From Candidatus Babeliales bacterium (GTDB taxonomy: Bacteria > Babelota > Babeliae > Babelales > Vermiphilaceae), in the NCBI GenBank assembly GCA_963743635.1, contig CAVUQO010000003.1, positions 224,001 through 288,000 on the forward strand: DNA of 64,000 nucleotides. Direction: 5' to 3'. This document shows positions 62,018 through 64,000 of this stretch, in pieces. Position numbers and translations under genes: made by a program. Within the stretch, counting starts at the first letter, position 1. The number at the start of each line of letters is the position of its first letter. Under the pieces are notes generated by a model. The model searched no databases. It had not been told where the DNA came from and saw only the letters and a program-made list of their open reading frames with translations.

Positions 62018-62953
62018 TTATTTTCCCCCACCAAAGAATGATGAGAACCATTGAGTCCATGTAACTACTGGTGTGCCATTTCTCATAAGATTGGGCGTAT
62101 CGGGACGCTCTGCAGGGTTGATGCCTTTACACGCTATGTATGCTTTTTCAGCCATAGCTATATATTCGCCAAGGGTAGGATACATATTTCCTTTTATTCG
62201 CGTAGATTTTGGGCATTCAAGTTGTAGCTGTTTGTAATGTAAAAACTCTTCTTCAAGAGCCTTGCAATATCCTAATTTCGAAAGCTTTTCAACAGCACCT
62301 TCTTCTGCTTCAGTTTCCCATTGCGATCTTATGGATGTGTATTTGGCATACGCGGCACCAATCACTAATGTAAGCGCAAGACCTGCTGCCCCCAAGGCTG
62401 CGGATTTTTTGATCTTTCCGAAACCATTTTTCAAATCAGCGGGTGCTACGCGCGGCATGCCTGCTGGTATCCATTTTGAGAATGATGCCATGCACCATAT
62501 TTCAACTGCTGGTATTACCCCTAATGGTGCAGTGTTGATCACTCCTCCATGATTACGCTCCACATGCGTTAATTCATGAGCGATAGTATGTGTGTTAAAA
62601 TTGCCGTAACGGTCATTCATGTCCTCTTCATTAAGTTGTAATATGGCAAATCGTAAAGGGCCAACGCCATAATTGCGTGTGGCGCCTACAAATGGAGCAT
62701 TGGGGCTACTTTTAACGCAAATAATAGGAGTAGTAATTCCCGTTTTTTCTTTCATGTATTTGATTTCATCGCGGTATTCTTGAGATAAGCGCAATTTCTG
62801 CGGTAACATGCTCGAAATACATTCGTCGAATGGTACAGATTCTGTTTTTGGCTTGCCAAAATAAAAGTTGTACCCAGCCATTGCATGAATATTTGGTGCG
62901 GCGAGTATAATGCTGGCAGCGATGAGTGATATAAATTTTTGTACCCTAAACAT
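62018..62953 (-). CDS. Secreted HExxH metallopeptidase-like protein (array member 2)
   Basis: TIAHELTH, ETEAE, YPTLGE, conserved tail. Confidence 0.8.
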   Translation of the reverse strand: MFRVQKFISLIAASIILAAPNIHAMAGYNFYFGKPKTESVPFDECISSMLPQKLRLSQEYRDEIKYMKEKTGITTPIICVKSSPNAPFVGATRNYGVGPLRFAILQLNEEDMNDRYGNFNTHTIAHELTHVERNHGGVINTAPLGVIPAVEIWCMASFSKWIPAGMPRVAPADLKNGFGKIKKSAALGAAGLALTLVIGAAYAKYTSIRSQWETEAEEGAVEKLSKLGYCKALEEEFLHYKQLQLECPKSTRIKGNMYPTLGEYIAMAEKAYIACKGINPAERPDTPNLMRNGTPVVTWTQWFSSFFGGGK

Positions 62954-62955
62954 GA

Positions 62956-63993
62956 TTATTTTCCCCCACCAAAGAATGATGCGAACCATTGCGTCCATGT
63001 AACTACTGGTGTGCCATTTCTCATAAGTTTGGGCGTATCGGGACGTTCTGCAGGGTTGATGCCTTTACATGCTTTGCATGCTTTTTCAGTCATAGAGATA
63101 TATTCGCCAAGAGTTGGGTATATATTTCCATTAATTCGCGTAGAATTTGGATGTGTGGATAGCACTTTTTTGTAGATTTGAAATTCTTGTTCAAGAGCCT
63201 TGCAATATCCTAATTTCGAAAGCTTTTCAACAGCACCTTCTTCTGCTTCTGTTTCATATTGTACGTATCTGGATGTCTGTTTGGCATATTCAGTATCAAT
63301 CGCTAAGGATACGATGGTGCCTGTTGTGAGCGCAAGCCCCCCCAAGGCAGCTGGTTTTTTGAGCTTTTGGAATGATAATGCTAATCCAGCGAGTCCTAAT
63401 AGTGCAGCGCTTTGCACTACTGCATGATTAGGCCCTGCATTATAACGCTCTGTATATTCATACGCTAAGGCTCCGATGGTGCCCGTTGTGAGTGCAAGCC
63501 CCCCCAAGGCAGCTGGTTTTTTGAGCTTTCGGAATGATAGTGCTAATCCAGCGAGTCCTAATAGTGCAGTGTTTAGTGCAGCGTTTTGTGCTCCCACATG
63601 ATTACGCTCTACATGCGTTAATTCATGAGCGATGGTATGTGTGCTGAAAGCCGGATGGATGCTATTCATGTCCTCTTCATTAAGTTGTAATATGGCAAAT
63701 CGTAAAGGGCCAACGCCATAATTGCGTGTGGCGCCCGTAAGTCGATCGGAGCTGATTTTAGCGCAGATAGTAGGAGTAGTAATTCCCGCTTTTTCTTTCA
63801 TGTATTTGATTTCATCGCGGTATTCTTGAGATAAGCGCAATTCCTGTGGTAACATGCTCGAAATACATTCGTCGAGTGGTACAGATTCTGTTTTTGGTTT
63901 GCCAAAATAAAAGTTGTACCCAGCCATTGCATGAATATTTGGTGCGGCGAGCATTATGCTGGTAGCGATGAGTGATATAAATTTTTTGTTCAT
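62956..63993 (-). CDS. Secreted HExxH metallopeptidase-like protein (array member 1) with internal duplication
   Basis: TIAHELTH, ETEAE; duplicated ALLGLAGLALSF.KLKKPAALGGLALTTGTI. Confidence 0.8.
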   Translation of the reverse strand: MNKKFISLIATSIMLAAPNIHAMAGYNFYFGKPKTESVPLDECISSMLPQELRLSQEYRDEIKYMKEKAGITTPTICAKISSDRLTGATRNYGVGPLRFAILQLNEEDMNSIHPAFSTHTIAHELTHVERNHVGAQNAALNTALLGLAGLALSFRKLKKPAALGGLALTTGTIGALAYEYTERYNAGPNHAVVQSAALLGLAGLALSFQKLKKPAALGGLALTTGTIVSLAIDTEYAKQTSRYVQYETEAEEGAVEKLSKLGYCKALEQEFQIYKKVLSTHPNSTRINGNIYPTLGEYISMTEKACKACKGINPAERPDTPKLMRNGTPVVTWTQWFASFFGGGK

Positions 63994-64000
63994 GATTTCC

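Noticed and set aside
60077..62998. MDAMVRIILWWGKII-type N-extensions in the ORF track
   Set aside because: Alternate-frame reading of the upstream gene's tail; true starts follow TAA-TC.
59035..63993. CRISPR or integron interpretation of the regularly spaced repeats
   Set aside because: The repeats are coding and about 1 kb apart. No attC-like paired boxes, integrase or cas genes were seen.

Overview
Bacterial chromosomal segment. The gene content suggests an intracellular parasite of protists, probably Candidatus Dependentiae/Babelota (TM6); this is inference, not a database result. Housekeeping genes (TamB-like, rluD-type pseudouridine synthase, mgtE, tRNA-Lys, tRNA-Glu, DEAD-box helicase, arfB, P-type ATPase, mutL, prmC) are interleaved with tandem families of signal-peptide proteins that look like host-directed effectors. 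These are eukaryote-type C2H2 zinc-finger arrays (1-4.7 kb), GNAT acetyltransferases, YVTN beta-propellers, about ten HExxH metallopeptidase-like proteins in two arrays plus singletons, and a domain-shuffled family at 52-56.6 kb. Most interesting: (i) secreted poly-C2H2 proteins whose near-identical fingers often differ at DNA-contacting helix positions; (ii) sixteen secreted proteins with Met directly after the predicted signal cleavage site; (iii) REP-like palindromes that nest in each other, cap both tRNA 3' ends next to a GIY-YIG nuclease gene, and sit in frame inside mutL, prmC and the DEAD-box helicase; (iv) a five-gene peptidase array with conserved tail/signal junctions and an orphaned tail ORF. 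No CRISPR array, rRNA, integrase or transposase was recognised.
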